Positions 27,801 through 41,234 of a stretch of DNA of 64,000 nt are shown here, piece after piece. This stretch comes from the human T2T-CHM13v2.0 reference genome, Homo sapiens. The notes beneath the pieces are model-generated. The model searched no databases. It saw only the letters and a program-made list of their open reading frames with translations, and had not been told where the DNA came from. The translations under genes were made by a program, and so were the position numbers. The number at the start of each line of letters is the position of its first letter. Positions within the stretch are counted from its first letter, which is position 1. The stretch lies in NCBI RefSeq assembly GCF_009914755.1, contig NC_060942.1; one strand, given 5' to 3'.

Positions 27801-30800
27801 GTGTCAAATCATACCTGCATACCTAGGATAAATCCTATTTTGTCAAGATGAATGATCTTTTTAATGTTTTGTTGAATTCAGTTTGCTAGTATTTTGTTAA
27901 GTAGTTTTGCATCAATGTTCATCATGGATATTGTCCTGTAGTTCTCTTTTTTTTTTTAATGTATCTTTGTCTGGTTTTGGTATCAAGGTTATACTGTCCT
28001 TGCAAAATGAATCTCGAAATATTTTCTCCTATTCTGTGTCTCGGTATAGTTTGAGTAGGATTGGTATTATTTATTTATTCTGTTTTTTGGAATAGTTTGA
28101 GTAGGATAGGTACTAGTTCTTTAGATGTTTGGTAAAATTCAGCAGTGAAGCTGCGGAGTCCTGTGGTTTTCTTTGTTGGGATTCTTTTTACTATGGCTTT
28201 GATCACATTACTTGTTGTTTGCCTACTTAGGTTTTAGATTTCTTCTTGTTTAAATCTTGGTAGGTTGTATGTGTCTAGGAATTTATCCACTTCTAGGTTT
28301 TCCAATTCATTGGCATATATTTGCTCATACTAACCTCCATTGATCCTCTGAATTTCTGTGGTATCAGTTGTAATGTCTCCTTTATCCATACTGATTTTAT
28401 TTATTTGGGACTTCTTTCTTCACTTCTTAGTCTTGGTAAAGGTTTGCTGGTTTTGTTTATCTTTTGAAAAACTCAATTTTTAACTTTATTGACTTTTTGT
28501 ATTGTGTTTTTTTTTTCAATTTAATTTCATTGATTTCTGCTCTGATCTTTATTATTTCTTTTCTTCTACTAATTTTGGGTTTGGTTTGCTCTTGCTTTTC
28601 TAATTCTTTAAGATGCATAATTAGGTTATTTATTTGAAGTTTACTCCTTTTTTCTCATAGGTGCTTATTGCTATAAACTACTTTCTTAGGAGTGCTTTCT
28701 CTGTATCCCAAGGTTTTGGTGCATTGTGTTTCCATTTTCATTTATTCCAAGAAATTTTTAAATTTCTGTCTTAATTTTTTTATTGACAACTGGTCATTCA
28801 GGAGCATATTCTTTAATTTTTGTGTGTTTGCATAGCTTTCAAAACTCCTCTTGTTATTGATTTCTAGTTTTATTCCACTGTGATCAGAGAAGATAATTAA
28901 TATAATTTCATCATTTTTCAAGGCTTGTTTCGTGGTCTAATGTATAGTTTATCCTTGAGAATAATCCATGTGCTGAAGAGAAAAATGTGTATTCTGCTGC
29001 CATTGGATGAAGGGCTCTGTAAATATCTATTAGGTCCATTAGATCTATAGTGTAAATTAAGTCTGATGTTTCTTTATTGATTTTCTGTCTGGATGATCTG
29101 TCCAATGCTGAAAGTGGAATGTTGGCATCTAGGGCTGTTGTCGTACTGGGGTTTATCTCTCTCTTTAGCACAAATATTACTTGCTTTATATATGTCAGTG
29201 CTCCAATGTTGAGTGCATATATATTTACAATTGTAATATCCTCTTATTGAATTGGCTCCTTTATTGTTACATAATGACCTTCTTTTTCCCTTTTCATAGA
29301 TTTTGTCTTGAAATTTATTTTGTCTGATATAAGTATGGTTACTTCTGCTTTTTTTAAGTTTCAGTTGGCATGGAATGTCTTTTTCCATTCCCTTATTTTC
29401 AGTCTATGTGTGTCTTTATAGGTGAAGTGTGTTCCTTGTAGGCGACAGATTGTTGGGTCTTATTTTTGTATCCTTTCAGCCACTACATGTCTTTTGATTG
29501 GAGAGTTTATATGCAATGTATTTATATGCAATGTGATTGTTGATAAGTAAGGGCTTACCCCTGCCATTTTGTTACTTTTTTACTGGTTGTTTTGTGGTCT
29601 TCTCTTCCTTCTTTCTTTCCTTCCAGTCTTCCTTTTACTGAAGGTAATTTTCTGTTGTGTTTTGTATTTTTTGTGGATATGTTGTATATTTTTTGATTTG
29701 CGGTTACATGAAGCTTGCAAATAATATTTTATTGCCCATGATTTGAAACTGATGACAATTAACACTGCATAAACAAAAAATTAATAAAAACTCTGTTTTT
29801 TATTAATAAAAAATTAATAAAAACATCATCCTCCTGCTTCTTAACTTTTTGTTGTTTCTGTTTGTATCTTATTATACTGCCTGTGTTTCAAAAAGTTATA
29901 ATTATTTTTGATCAGTTCATCTTTTCATCTTTCTACTTAAGATATGAGTAGCTTACCCACCACAATTTCAGTGTTATAATATTCTGTGTTTTCTGTGTAC
30001 TCACTATTACCAGTGAATTTTTTACCTTCAGATGATTTCTTGCCCAGGAATGTCCTCTTCTTTCAGATTGAAGAATTTCTTTTAGCATTTCTTGTAGGAT
30101 GAGTCTGTTGTTGATGAAAGCCCTTAGCTTTTGTTTGTCTGAGAAGGTCTTTATTTCTTCTTGTGTTTGAAGGATATTTTTACTGGATGTACTATTGTAG
30201 AATAAAAGTTGTTTTCTTTCAACATTTTAAGTATGTCATGACACTCTCTCCTGGCCTGTATGGTTTCCACTGAGAAATCTGCTGCCAGATGTATTGCAGC
30301 TCCATTGAATATTATTTGTTTCTTTTCTCTTGCTGTCTTTAAGATCCTTTCTTTTCCTTGACTTTTGGAATATGAATAGCAAATGCCTTGGTAGTCTTCT
30401 TTGGTTTAAAGCTGCTTGGTGTTCTATAACCCTCTTGTACTTGAATGTTGATATCTTTCTCTAGGTTTGGGAAGTTCTCTGTTATTATCCCTTTGAATAA
30501 ATTTTCTACCCCTATCTTTCTCTCTATCTCTACTTTAATACCAATAATTATTAGGTTTGCCCTTTTGAGACTATTTTCTAAATCTGGTCAATGTTCATTG
30601 TTGTCTGGGCATTGAAGAGTTAGGTATTTATTGTAGTCTTTGCAACCTGGGCTTGTCGGCACCCATCCTTCTTAGGAAGGCTTTCCATGTATTTGAAGTG
30701 ACTCCATGTTGTGATCTAAGTCTTTGGTCACTGCAGCCATATCTACATTAGAAGAAACTCCAAACACAGTAAAGCTGTGGCTTTTGCAGCCTTGCAGAGA

Positions 30801-32648
30801 TATTACCTTGGTGGTCTTGGGTAAGATTCTCAAGAATTTCTTAAATTACCAGGCAGTTACTCTTGTTCTCTTCCCTCACTTTGCCTGAACAAACAGAGTC
30901 TCTCATTCTGTGCTTAGCTGCCTGGAGCTGAGCTCGGGATGGCACAAGTAACCCTATGGCCACTATCACAGAGATTGCACTGGGTCAGACCCAAAGCCAG
31001 CATAGTACAAGGCCTTGTCCAAGCCCCATGGTAACCATAGTCTAGCCACTGCCTATGTTCACTCAAGGCCCAAGGTGTCTATAATCAGCAGGTGGTGAAT
31101 CCAGCCAGGCTCATGTCCTTCTCTTCAGGGAGACAAGTTCCCCCTGTCCCTGAGAAGGTCCAGAGATGCTGTCTGTGAACAAGGGCTTCTAATCAGAAAC
31201 CTTTGGGATCTACCTGGTGTTCTATTCTACTGAGGCTGAGCTGGCACCCAAGTCACAAGACAAAGTTTTTGCACTCCTCCTTCTCCTTTACACAAGCAAA
31301 GGAGTCTCTCCCTATGGCCAGAACTGCCCAGGCCCACAGCAAGTACTGCCTGGCTGTCATCAATGTTCAGTCAAGGCAGAAGGGCTCTTTAGTCATCTTG
31401 CAATGCATGCCGCCAGGCCTGAGTCTCTTCCTTTACAGACTTGGGTTCCCCTTTGGCCCAGGGCAAATCCAAAAATGCCATCCAGGAGCCAAGGCCGGGA
31501 ATTGCAGATCCCAGCTGCCCACTTTGTGCTCTATACCACCGTGGCTGATCTAGTACCCAAGCTTCAAGACAGAGTCCCCTTCACTGTTCCTTCTCCTTTC
31601 CTAAAGCAGAAATAGTCTTTCCCCATAACCACCATATCTTGGAATGTGCTAGGTCACACATAAAACCAGCATGGCTCTGAGTTTCATCCAAAGTCCAAAG
31701 TAGGTACTCCCTGGTTCTCACTGATCATTATTCAGGACCCAAGGGCTCTTTAGTCAGCAGGTGATGAATCCTGCCATGACTGCATCCTTCTCACCAAGGA
31801 AATGGGTTCCCTTCTGGCCCAGGTTGTGTCTAGAAATATCATCTGGAAGCTAGGGTCTAGAATGGGGGCCTCGGGACTCTGCCTGTTGGCCTATTCTACT
31901 GTGGCTAAGCTGGTATCCACGTTGCAAGACAAAGTCCACTTTCCTATCCTCTTTCCTCTCCTTAAGCCTACAAAAGAGGCCTCTCCTGGAGCAGTGAACT
32001 GCATTACCTGGGTCTGGGGCAGGGGTTATGCAAGCACTCCCTTTTCTTGGCCACACTGGCTGGTGTCTCAGTAGGCCACATGCCCCCCAAATCCACTGGC
32101 TTTGAGCCCAGTTCAGCACTAGGACTCATCTAGGAGTTGTAGTCCTTGTGTCCTAGACTGTCTTTCTAGTTCGTTTCAGAACCCAGAGCATTTTAGCTCA
32201 TGGTGGCAGGGTGCTCTAACTCAGGTTCTGACCACTCAGATGGACGATTTGCCTCTGGCTATAGCTGATCTAAATGCTTCTTGCATGGACATCAGCTGAG
32301 TTCTGTCCTGTGTCGCTTTCCACTGATATAGGGCAGCACTGAGTTCCAGTGCAAAGTCCCAAAATTGCTGCACTCTCTCTCCTCTAAGTGCACAGATTTT
32401 TTCCATGCCACATGGTCACTTTCGGGGAATGAGAGAACGGTGTTGTAGGCAATTCAAGGCTGCCTTTCCTACCGTCTTTAGTGCCTGGTTCCTTAACGTA
32501 ATGTTAAAACCAGGTACTGTGATCACTCACCGGATTTTGGGTTCTTGTGAAGGTGTTTTTCCCTGTAAATAGGATTCATTTTGGTGCTCCTGTTGGGGGA
32601 ACAATTTCTGGAGGCTTCTATTTGGCCATGGTGCTCCACTTCCCCCTC
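24855..32648 (-). mobile_element. Near-full-length decayed L1 (L1MA1-3 type)
   Basis: 3'UTR at 24855-25250; RT remnant [29 protein letters not shown]; EN remnant PLSALDRSSRQKINKETSDL; 5' end reads GGGGGAAGTGGAGCACCATGGCCAAATAGAAGCCTCC on minus; possible TSD actttt(t)aa. Confidence 0.9.
27329..27791 (+). mobile_element. 5'-truncated L1PA (L1PA7/8-like) inserted antisense into the L1MA
   Basis: ORF2 C-terminus [19 protein letters not shown]...YHMFSL, 3'UTR and poly(A); TSD ttgcatatgtca / ttgcatgtgtca. Confidence 0.93.
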
Positions 32649-34106
32649 ACTTTTAATTTTTTTAAACTCAAAGCTATCAATAAATTTTCTGTGGTAACAC
32701 TGTGAAATTCCATGTCATTATTAATTTTTTAATTTTTAATGAAGTACATTCTTTACAAATTTAGTCCGTAAAGTTTGTTACTTTATAATTAAAAATCATT
32801 TAAAAGACAGTATTAGATAAGAATGGAGTTAAAACTTTTCAACAGAATAATTCGTGGGTGGTAATACAAAAATGGATGTACCCATATTTGTCCATGACTT
32901 TACTAATGCAAAGGACTCTAGGATAACTTAAAACATGAAAATAAATGTGTATATAAAGGATATAATCTTCTTATGACAGTGTCTTATTTTAATTTAGATT
33001 TGAACTTTTCACTTCCATTTATAGAACTAATTTTGTGGAGTTTTTTAAAAAGTATATTACTTGCTGATTAACCAAATTAGATATTTATATGGGGCAAATA
33101 AATTCCTTGTGGTTAACATGGGACATTCATACCAGAGCCCATTTTTATAAAGCTGTGAGAAAGATCCAGTAGAGAAAAATAACAGCATAAGATACTGGAA
33201 AAAGAAGGAATAATTGATAAATCAAGGTCTGGAACAATCTGAGAGAAAAGGGTCAAGAGCACAAATGATGGATCTGGCTTTCAATCCAAGTAGGGATGAC
33301 CTTCATCTTGTGAGATTACAAGGAAGGCAGGTGATAAGAGAGCCCGTGAAACAGTTTGAGAGCTGAGAGTTACCTCCTCAGTGTCTCAATTTTCCCAGTG
33401 AGAGGTGATGGTCTGAGGGCCAAGACTGAGTGAGCTGGGATTCTATGGGAAGCTTGGAGAGTGGGACTGCCATGGCTGTCCCTGAGAGGGACTTGACCTG
33501 CACAGGTTGGAATGAGAGCCAAGCACCGCCTGTGGTTACAGCCTGCTCATTTGTCACTGCAGAAGCACTTGTGGCCACACCTGTTTCCCTAGCATTGTAG
33601 AGAAACCCAGGTTTCCAGGTGGAATATGTTGGGTAAACAAATTTTAGTAATGTGAGTTGATCTTCCTATTGCTACAATAGATCAATCATTTGGAATTATA
33701 AATTTTAGTTACCAAAATTACTCAAAAAGAAGGAATCCGTATGATTATAAACTTGATCCTGAAATTGGGGTGTGTCGAGTAGGTTTTTGGAAAGTACAGT
33801 GGGAAAGGAATTTGAGATGGAAGAGGAAGTAGTTTCTGTGCTCAATATATGATTCATATAGGAATGGGGCAGTGAAGACAGTCAGGGGAATCAAGAAACA
33901 TGGAGCTCTGCAAGGCACAGGAATAAACACTACGGGAATTTGGGTGTGAAAGAATGGCAAGGCTAAATGTGAGACTAAGTGTAGTTTGTTAGTGTTTCAC
34001 AAATAAAATATTTCCTTTTGCAGACAGAGTCCTTGGCATGGCTGGAGAAGTCGTGGAGATAAGAATGATGAGAGTTAGGGGCCTGGAAGGATATGGAAGG
34101 AAAAGG

Positions 34107-34835
34107 TGTAATTGCCTGATGGGGTCTTCCTACCCACTACACAGACAAAATCAATTCACTGAGACTGCAACACTGCAGTAAAGAAAGAGTTAAATTGACA
34201 TGAGGGCAGTCACATAGGAGAAGGGGTTATTACTCAAATCAGTCTCCCCAAAGGCTTGGAGGTTAGGGTTTTGCAAGGATGGTTTGGTGGGTGGGGGCTA
34301 AAGAACTGGGAACATTGATTGGTTGGGAATGAAATCATAGGGGTGTGGAAAACAGTTCTCGTGTGCTGAGTCACCCTCTAGGTGGGGTCACATGACCTGT
34401 TGAGTCACAAGTCAGGGGTCCCAGCAGAGTCTGCAGTCATCAGAAATTCAAGTCTGAAAAGGCATCTCAAAAGGCCAATCTTAGGTTCTACAATAGTGAT
34501 GTTACCCACAGGAGTAAACGGGGAAGTCACGTATCTCGTGACCTCTGTAACTGGCTGGTTATCATTTAACTATGCCTATATCTTAATAGAATTCTGGCCC
34601 TTCTCATAATCCGAACCTTGTGGCTTTTCATTGGTTTTACAAAGGTGGTTCATTATCACCGTTGTGAGGGCTATTATCATCCTTGCTTTAAGGTTGAAGT
34701 ACAAACTCAATTTCTTCCCAAAGTTAGCTTGACCTACGCCCCGGATTGACCAAGGACAGCTTGGAGGTCAGAAGTAGGATGGAGTCAACTATGTCAGATT
34801 ACTCTTACTGTCACAATTTTGCAAAGGTGATTTCA
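34107..34835 (-). mobile_element. ERV1 solo LTR, LTR8 family
   Basis: Reverse complement starts tgaaatcacctttgcaaaattgtgacag...gactccatcctacttctgacctccaagctgtcctt; perfect 4-bp TSD aagg (34103-34106, 34836-34839). Confidence 0.88.
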
Positions 34836-35038
34836 AAGGTTGGAATGGACTATTTGTGTAAGAATGTAGGATTCTCTCAGGTAGATAGAAAGGTTGAGGG
34901 TAGAGGGAGGTGTATGCCATGTGCCACAATTCCATAAATAGATGTGTCCAAGAAGGAAATAGATTCCCCTTACACAGCAAGCAGGCGTCTCCATGCAGAG
35001 GAGAAGGTTTCCCACGTAAATAAAGGAGTGGAGGCGCC

Positions 35039-35397
35039 TGTTAGCCCAAGTCACGCCATTTCGCAGACCCTCACCATTCTACAAACTTGGGTCAGACTGG
35101 AAAATTCCACCAGGGCGTGGGCCGTGAGAAACATCCTGTTGGACAGGGGACAGGTCCCAGGCCTAACCCCTGACTGAAGTAAATTTCTTCCTTATCAGCA
35201 GCCCAAGACAGCGTCCCCACCCCATTTTGCAACAATCCCAGGCCTCTCCTGCCTGGGCCTATAACTGCCCCAGCCTATAAGCGGGAGGGGGGCTCCAGCG
35301 CTCACTGGTGCTCCCCCTCCACAGACTCTTTTGTACAATAAACCTATGTTACTGTTGAGCTGCTTCTGTTCCATTCCTTCTCCCTTTGGCTCTAACA
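35039..35397 (+). mobile_element. ERVL-type solo LTR (MER70-like)
   Basis: Inverted ends tgttag...ctaaca, two tataa motifs (~35260, ~35276), aataaa at 35337; flanks gcgcc/gtacc differ only at a CpG position. Confidence 0.7.
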
Positions 35398-36020
35398 GTA
35401 CCCAGTCAGCCCTGCAGTGCCTTCCTCCATCACACTCTGCTAGAGCAGCCAGTTTACAGCCCCTCAGAAGCTCCTGTATGTGAAGATGCCTTCCCTGGAA
35501 GTGCACCGAAGCCTGGAGGGCCTGTGGCCCTGCTCTAGCCCCTGCTGAGCCACATCTGGGCTCACTGGCAGACTGCAGACTGACTGCACCAGGCTTGTTT
35601 GGCTCCATTGTTTGAAGCAGAACAAAGACATCCCCTTCCGGTCCCCCCAGAAGTGGTGCTAGTGGGACTTTTAGATGTTGGTTCGATTCTTGTGGAAACA
35701 CTATTCATTTCACAGGTCAGATAACATCTTCCTTCAAGGACATCCTGGGATCACACAGGCCACTGCAATAAGGGAGGGGATGGTGGATGGCAAAGCCTGT
35801 TGCCGGCGGCTGTGCTCTGGGTCTGGTGAGGAGAAGGCCACTCTTCTCAGCATCCCCGTGCTGTCACTACGCTTCTGGTATCCCATTCCAGTATTATTTT
35901 CACTTTGTTTCAACAGTTTCTCTTTCTTCTGTCAACATTCTTTTCTACCTTTATTTCTAATTTTTACTGAGGCCTCTTTTTAACCCCTCATCCCCAACTC
36001 ACCCCTGCATGAAAACACGC

Positions 36021-36436
36021 TGTGATAGTCAGCTGCATGCCAGCTCATCTTGGCAGCCGTCCCCAGTCAATCAATACAGCAGTTGTCGGGGTGCCGCCGT
36101 GAAGGTGTTGTGCAGATGTGGTTGAAGCCCACGTTCAGTTTATGTGTAAGTGAGATTTTCCTAGATAATCTGGGTGGGGCTGATTCATTCCCTTGAGAGA
36201 ATGTAAGGGAAGAACTGAGATTTGCCACCGAAGAAAAAATTAGTCCTGGAGACAGCAGCTTCAGCTCCTGTTGGAGTTTCCAGTCCAACAGTTCTCTTCC
36301 TGACTGACAGCCTGCTCTAGGGATTTTGGTCTTGCCTAGCCAGCTTCCTAATCAAGGAACACATTCCTTGTAGTAAATCTCTTAATACTTACCTCTTACT
36401 GGCTTTGTTTCTCTGGTTGAACCCTACCTGATTCCA
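36021..36436 (+). mobile_element. ERVL solo LTR (MLT2 family)
   Basis: tgtgatagt...ctagataatctgggtggggctgattcatt...actggctttgtttctctggttgaaccct. Confidence 0.8.
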
Positions 36437-37469
36437 CCTTTTTGTTTTCTCCTTCCATGGTGTGCTGGAGGCAAATAGAACACCATTTACTAGCGGGACA
36501 GGTTGCCTAAGCGATTCCATCATCTGTAAAAAACCAGCATATGAAAGCTGGTCTTCAAGGCTCACTGAGAGGATTAAATGGTATGTTACATGTATATGCC
36601 ATGCCGCAAGGCAAAATCACAATCCTTTAGTTCCATTTCTTTCCTCTGTCCTGTTTCTTTGTCCTCTTATTTACATTCTTCCTCTTCTAGTAACATCTTT
36701 TACAACGTGTATTTGATTTTATAAAAACCTTTCTCATTTAAATCTCCAATATCCAAAAATAATAAAGTATCTTTTCAATGGTATGGGACTATTAGCACTT
36801 GAAATAACTGAAATCATCAGAATTTGTAAGCAGATCTCTTCATTTTTCAGGTTTTAATTCAATAAGTGAAAGCTGCGGGTCCCTTTTTTTTCTCCTAACA
36901 AAGGATTCAGAGTGTAGATTACTAAATAGGCAGCATAGTGGAGATCGATAGGTGAAAAGTAGTCACTATATATTCTTGAAACAGTCAAAGCTTTTCAACA
37001 TTCCCTTAAAATGCTAATTCAAGCATTCATATTTCATTGTTTTTCTGCTCTTGCCTTGCTCAGAATAATGGATTCTTGGTAGTAAAAATAATATATATCT
37101 TCCTTTTCATAGAATGTGCCTTTCCTTCCTCAAGCCCGCCTGCAACTTCCTTTCATTCGTCATCAGTCTGAGCACTTCACTGCTAGACGTTCTCTCTGAA
37201 ATGTTTAAGGAGCTCAACGTCTAATCCCAAATGCTCTATCCAGTGTATCATCAAAGAAAATCAAACCATACAACCTAAACTTAATTATAGATTGCCTAAA
37301 TAATTTCAATGGGAAATCAAAAACAGAAAAAATACATGGAATACACATGTAAAGTAGCATAATGCTTCATCTTTCAATGGGAAGAAAATGGCCTCTGGAA
37401 CTCACTTGTTCTAACTAATAATCCTGTTATTTCCTAAAATGTGGAGCACAGTCTACGCTAGGAGCTCTC

Positions 37470-37760
37470 TGAGGTGGCTACACATGGAATCCCACTAGGT
37501 TGGAAACATCTTGACTCTCAACTTGCGTCCAGCACCGATTACATCGGCATCCCTGAGGGTGGGGTCTAGGAGACAGTACTTCTCAAAAGGTACAATGGAA
37601 TTTGAGAATCTGATTTACACTGATCTCTTCTTCCTCAAAGTGTGGTTCAGTGGTTCAAGGCCCACCAGCACTAGAGACTTGCAAAAACACGGGCTCCTCC
37701 TCAGACCTGTTGAAACAGTCTGCTTTATAACAAGAGTCATAAGTGATGCATTGCTCTAAT
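37470..37760. mobile_element. MER5A/B-like hAT-Charlie fragments
   Basis: tggctacacatggaatc...ctgagggtggggtctagg; ttcctcaaagtgtggttc...cagacct...taacaag. Confidence 0.55.
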
Positions 37761-38013
37761 TAAAGCAATGCTTCATTCCTCTCCTTGTTTTGCTCAAAGG
37801 CCTTTCATAATTTTTTTTGTTATTTCCTGCACAGTAAGGAGTGGGTTTAGATTCTCCAGTATTCTAAGAAATCACTGTTTTTGTCATATTTATTTTGCAT
37901 AATTCACAGTTTTTATTTTATCAAAGTGTCTATTTACCTGACCGGCTAGCTTTTTAAGATGGAATATTCTGTGTTTTAAGCAACACACAATTTATGAAAC
38001 AGTCATATTCTGT

Positions 38014-38392
38014 TGCCATGACTTGAGTGTTTGTCCTCTCCAAAACTCGTGTTGAAATTTAATACCCAATGTGGCAGTATAGAGAGGGGGGCCTTTTAGA
38101 GATGATTGAATCATGAGAGCTCTTTCCTCATGAATGGACTAATCCATTTGTTGATTAGTGGATTAATGGATTAACGAGTTACCAAAGGAGTAGGACTGGT
38201 GGCTTTATAAGAAGAAGAAGATGAACCTGAGCTAGCATTCTCAGCCTCCTTGCCACGTGATGCCCTCTGCAGAGTTCTAAGGCCCTCACCAGATGCAGGC
38301 CCTCAACCTTGGACTTCACAGCCTCCATAACTATAAGAAATAAATCCTTGTAAATTACCTATGTTGTAAGCAACCAAAAATGGACTAAGACA
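38014..38392 (+). mobile_element. MaLR solo LTR (MST family)
   Basis: tgccatgacttgagtgtttgtcctctccaaaactcgtgttgaaattt...aagaaataaat...tggactaagaca. Confidence 0.88.
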
Positions 38393-40424
38393 TTTTTCCT
38401 TAGAAATATTTTCAATCTGGCTAGACCAGGAGGAATGGCAAGCATGTAATTATAACCCAAGTATAAAATACTATTCCTTCAGACCTCAGCCTGTCACAGA
38501 AGAAAAACTGGTGGATTAGAGAAAATTTCTAGGAGAAATGTCCCTCCATTTTGTATCTAATTTGGTTCTTGTCATATCTAAACACTTGACCCTGCCTTTC
38601 ACAATGAATTAGCACCTTTTCCTTCTTCCTCTCTTAAAATTTTCCAATTGAATTGAATTTACAGTCAACCAAAATATGATGGCCAACTTCCTCATATGCA
38701 CATCTTTATTTTATTTTATTTTATTGCTCTAAAGTAACATTTGAACACGCTGTGGAAATACAGGCATTGTTGTATTTAATTTATGACTCTACATGCTCTT
38801 CACTTTTACTTCTCCCCTTGGTAGAGATACTTAATGGTTTTTTAAACAAAATTCAGAAGTTAATTACTGACGTTCTGTTAACAGTGCCAGGCAAGTTTAG
38901 AAACTAAACCCAACTGGCCTTTGCTAAAGTTTTTTCCGCTTCTTATAATAGATGCAAGGGGATAATACAATAAATAATTTGAAACATAAAGTAACAAATT
39001 TTTATTAATGCATTTTTCTAACTTTAGTAAAGTGCTTTTAAAAATTTTATATCAATGATGTCACTTCATACTGACATAGCTGGTGACAAGAAAGATAAGT
39101 CAAACAATGGAGGAATTTAGGGAATGTTTTCCAAGGGTCTGGCCCTGGTGATATTTATGTCTGGGGCTACTTCAAATTCACATTACTTGTGGATAGAACA
39201 AAAACTGATGCACTACATAAGAGTTTTCTAATATATAATTTTCCCTCCTTAGGAGAGTTACTACTAAGAAAATAAAAAAACAAAGTCAACTTAAAGATGG
39301 GCCTCACAGCCCAGCCTTCCTTCTTACTCTGCTTTTAGATGTTATTTTTATTTCTATCTTGTCTACACATCAGTGCACACACAGAATAATTTGTTGTACA
39401 ACCAAACACTACAATGGCACCTGTGTGACTGTACCCTAAATATATTTAAAGAATACCAGAGCCTCATTTCCTTTTGGTCAAGTCTCAAAGCATTCAATCA
39501 CTCCAGTGCCAATGTGGTTGATGATGTGGAGTTAAGCAGCCAGTCCCTTTGGGAGCGAGGCTGACTGCTGCATTTGCTGTCACCACATCCTTGAGATTCT
39601 TCCCAAAGTAGAAAGCTTTTCCTATTCTTTAGGATACCTTCAGAGAGAATAGATATGTTGTTTTTTCTACCTTCTTTTTTTGCCTTTTATTCCAAGTCCC
39701 AAATCCAGTACAACTGCAACACTTTTATCTGGCCACAATTTTCATAATTATCGTACCATTTCAATACAATAGCTCTCCAAAGCCACTGTTATTACTACTA
39801 TACATTTTCTTTTCCACTAATGTAGAACAGGTTAATGACAGATTGGCATATTAACCAATATGGAAATCGTTTTCCTGTATAAGAATCTGTATGATTTTTT
39901 CCTTTGGGGTTATAGTAGTAACCTGTCAACTCCCCTACATAAGCCCTAAGATATAGACATATTTGGGCATGTCTGTGTTATCTGTAGAATGTTTTGAAAA
40001 TGATATTCTGAGTACAACAAGATGTTTCCTTATGTCAGGTCCCTTAGAATCATATCCTAGTGTAAAATCTAAAATCTCTCAGAGAAACTAAAATCAAAGG
40101 GCAAAATATCTTTTAGTCTTCTTTAGTGGTTACTAATAACTTCTTTATTGAGCATAGAAGAGGCTTAGCTGCTTAAGAAACAGGGCACAACAGAACACAT
40201 CTGGATGGGAGAAGATACCAGCTCGGCCAGGAGTGTGGGGACCTCCATTCAAGGCCTCAGTGAGAATAAGTGGGACAGAAAGCTGCAGGTCTCACATGGT
40301 CTGGCCAGTAAACTACTTGGCAAAAGCCATCACACAGAGGGTCAAGAGTGGGGAGGAAGAAATTGGAAGATTCCAAAGATGAGGCCATGGATTGCGCTCT
40401 TTCATGCACACAGTATGTCTCCCT

Positions 40425-40818
40425 GTTGGAGGTAGAATTGTATCCCTGTAAATTCAAATGTTGAAGTCCTAATCCCCAGAACCTTGGAATGTGAAATTAT
40501 TTGAAAATAGTCACTACAGAGGTCATAGGTTAAAATGAGTTCATTAGGGTGGGCTTTATCCCAATATTATTGGTGTCCTCAATAAATAAGGAAGCTTGGG
40601 CACAGGCATGGTTACAGGAGAACACCCTGTGAACATGATCATCTGTGAAGCAGGAGGAAGTTCTGAAACAGATTCTCCCTCACAGCCCTCAGAAGGAACC
40701 AACACTGCCAACACCCTGATTTTGGATTTCCAGCCTCCAGAACTGTGAGATAAATGCCTTTTGTCTAAGCCATCCAGTTTGTGGTACTTTGTTAAGCCAT
40801 CCTTAGCAGATGCACACA
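40425..40818 (+). mobile_element. MaLR solo LTR (MLT1A-C type)
   Basis: aaattcaaatgttgaagtcctaatcccc...cagccctcagaaggaaccaacactgccaacacc...tttgtggtactttgtt. Confidence 0.88.
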
Positions 40819-41176
40819 AATCCCTTGAGGACCTCCTAGGTTAGCACCTGGGAAGGCATATCCGCCCCACTTGGAAATGCACATGTGTTCATTTCTCACT
40901 CAGGAGTTAATGAGCATCATTTCTAAGGAGAAAGAATAGCAACTGTTCCCTTTCTCCTGTAGGATCAGTTGTGGCTACCTTCTTTGTATTCAAGCTGTTA
41001 AACACAAAGTCTAAAAGCTTTCTTCCTTGTTGCTTCTAGAGCACCCCACCAAACACAGATTTCATGGCTTCTTTTCTGACATGCTATGCTAATTACACTT
41101 TATTCTGTAACATTTTCCTTAAGTGTATCACCAAACTGAAGCGCTAGCCAAAATAACATTTATAGGAGCTATGTAG

Positions 41177-41180
<4 letters not shown>

Positions 41181-41216
<36 letters not shown>

Positions 41217-41234
41217 TTCTCTCTCTCTCTCTCT
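41181..41234. repeat. (CT)n microsatellite
   Basis: Direct observation. Confidence 0.95.

Noticed and set aside
35195-35701. 168-aa minus-strand ORF
   Set aside because: Runs antisense into an LTR in GC-rich sequence; no recognisable domain
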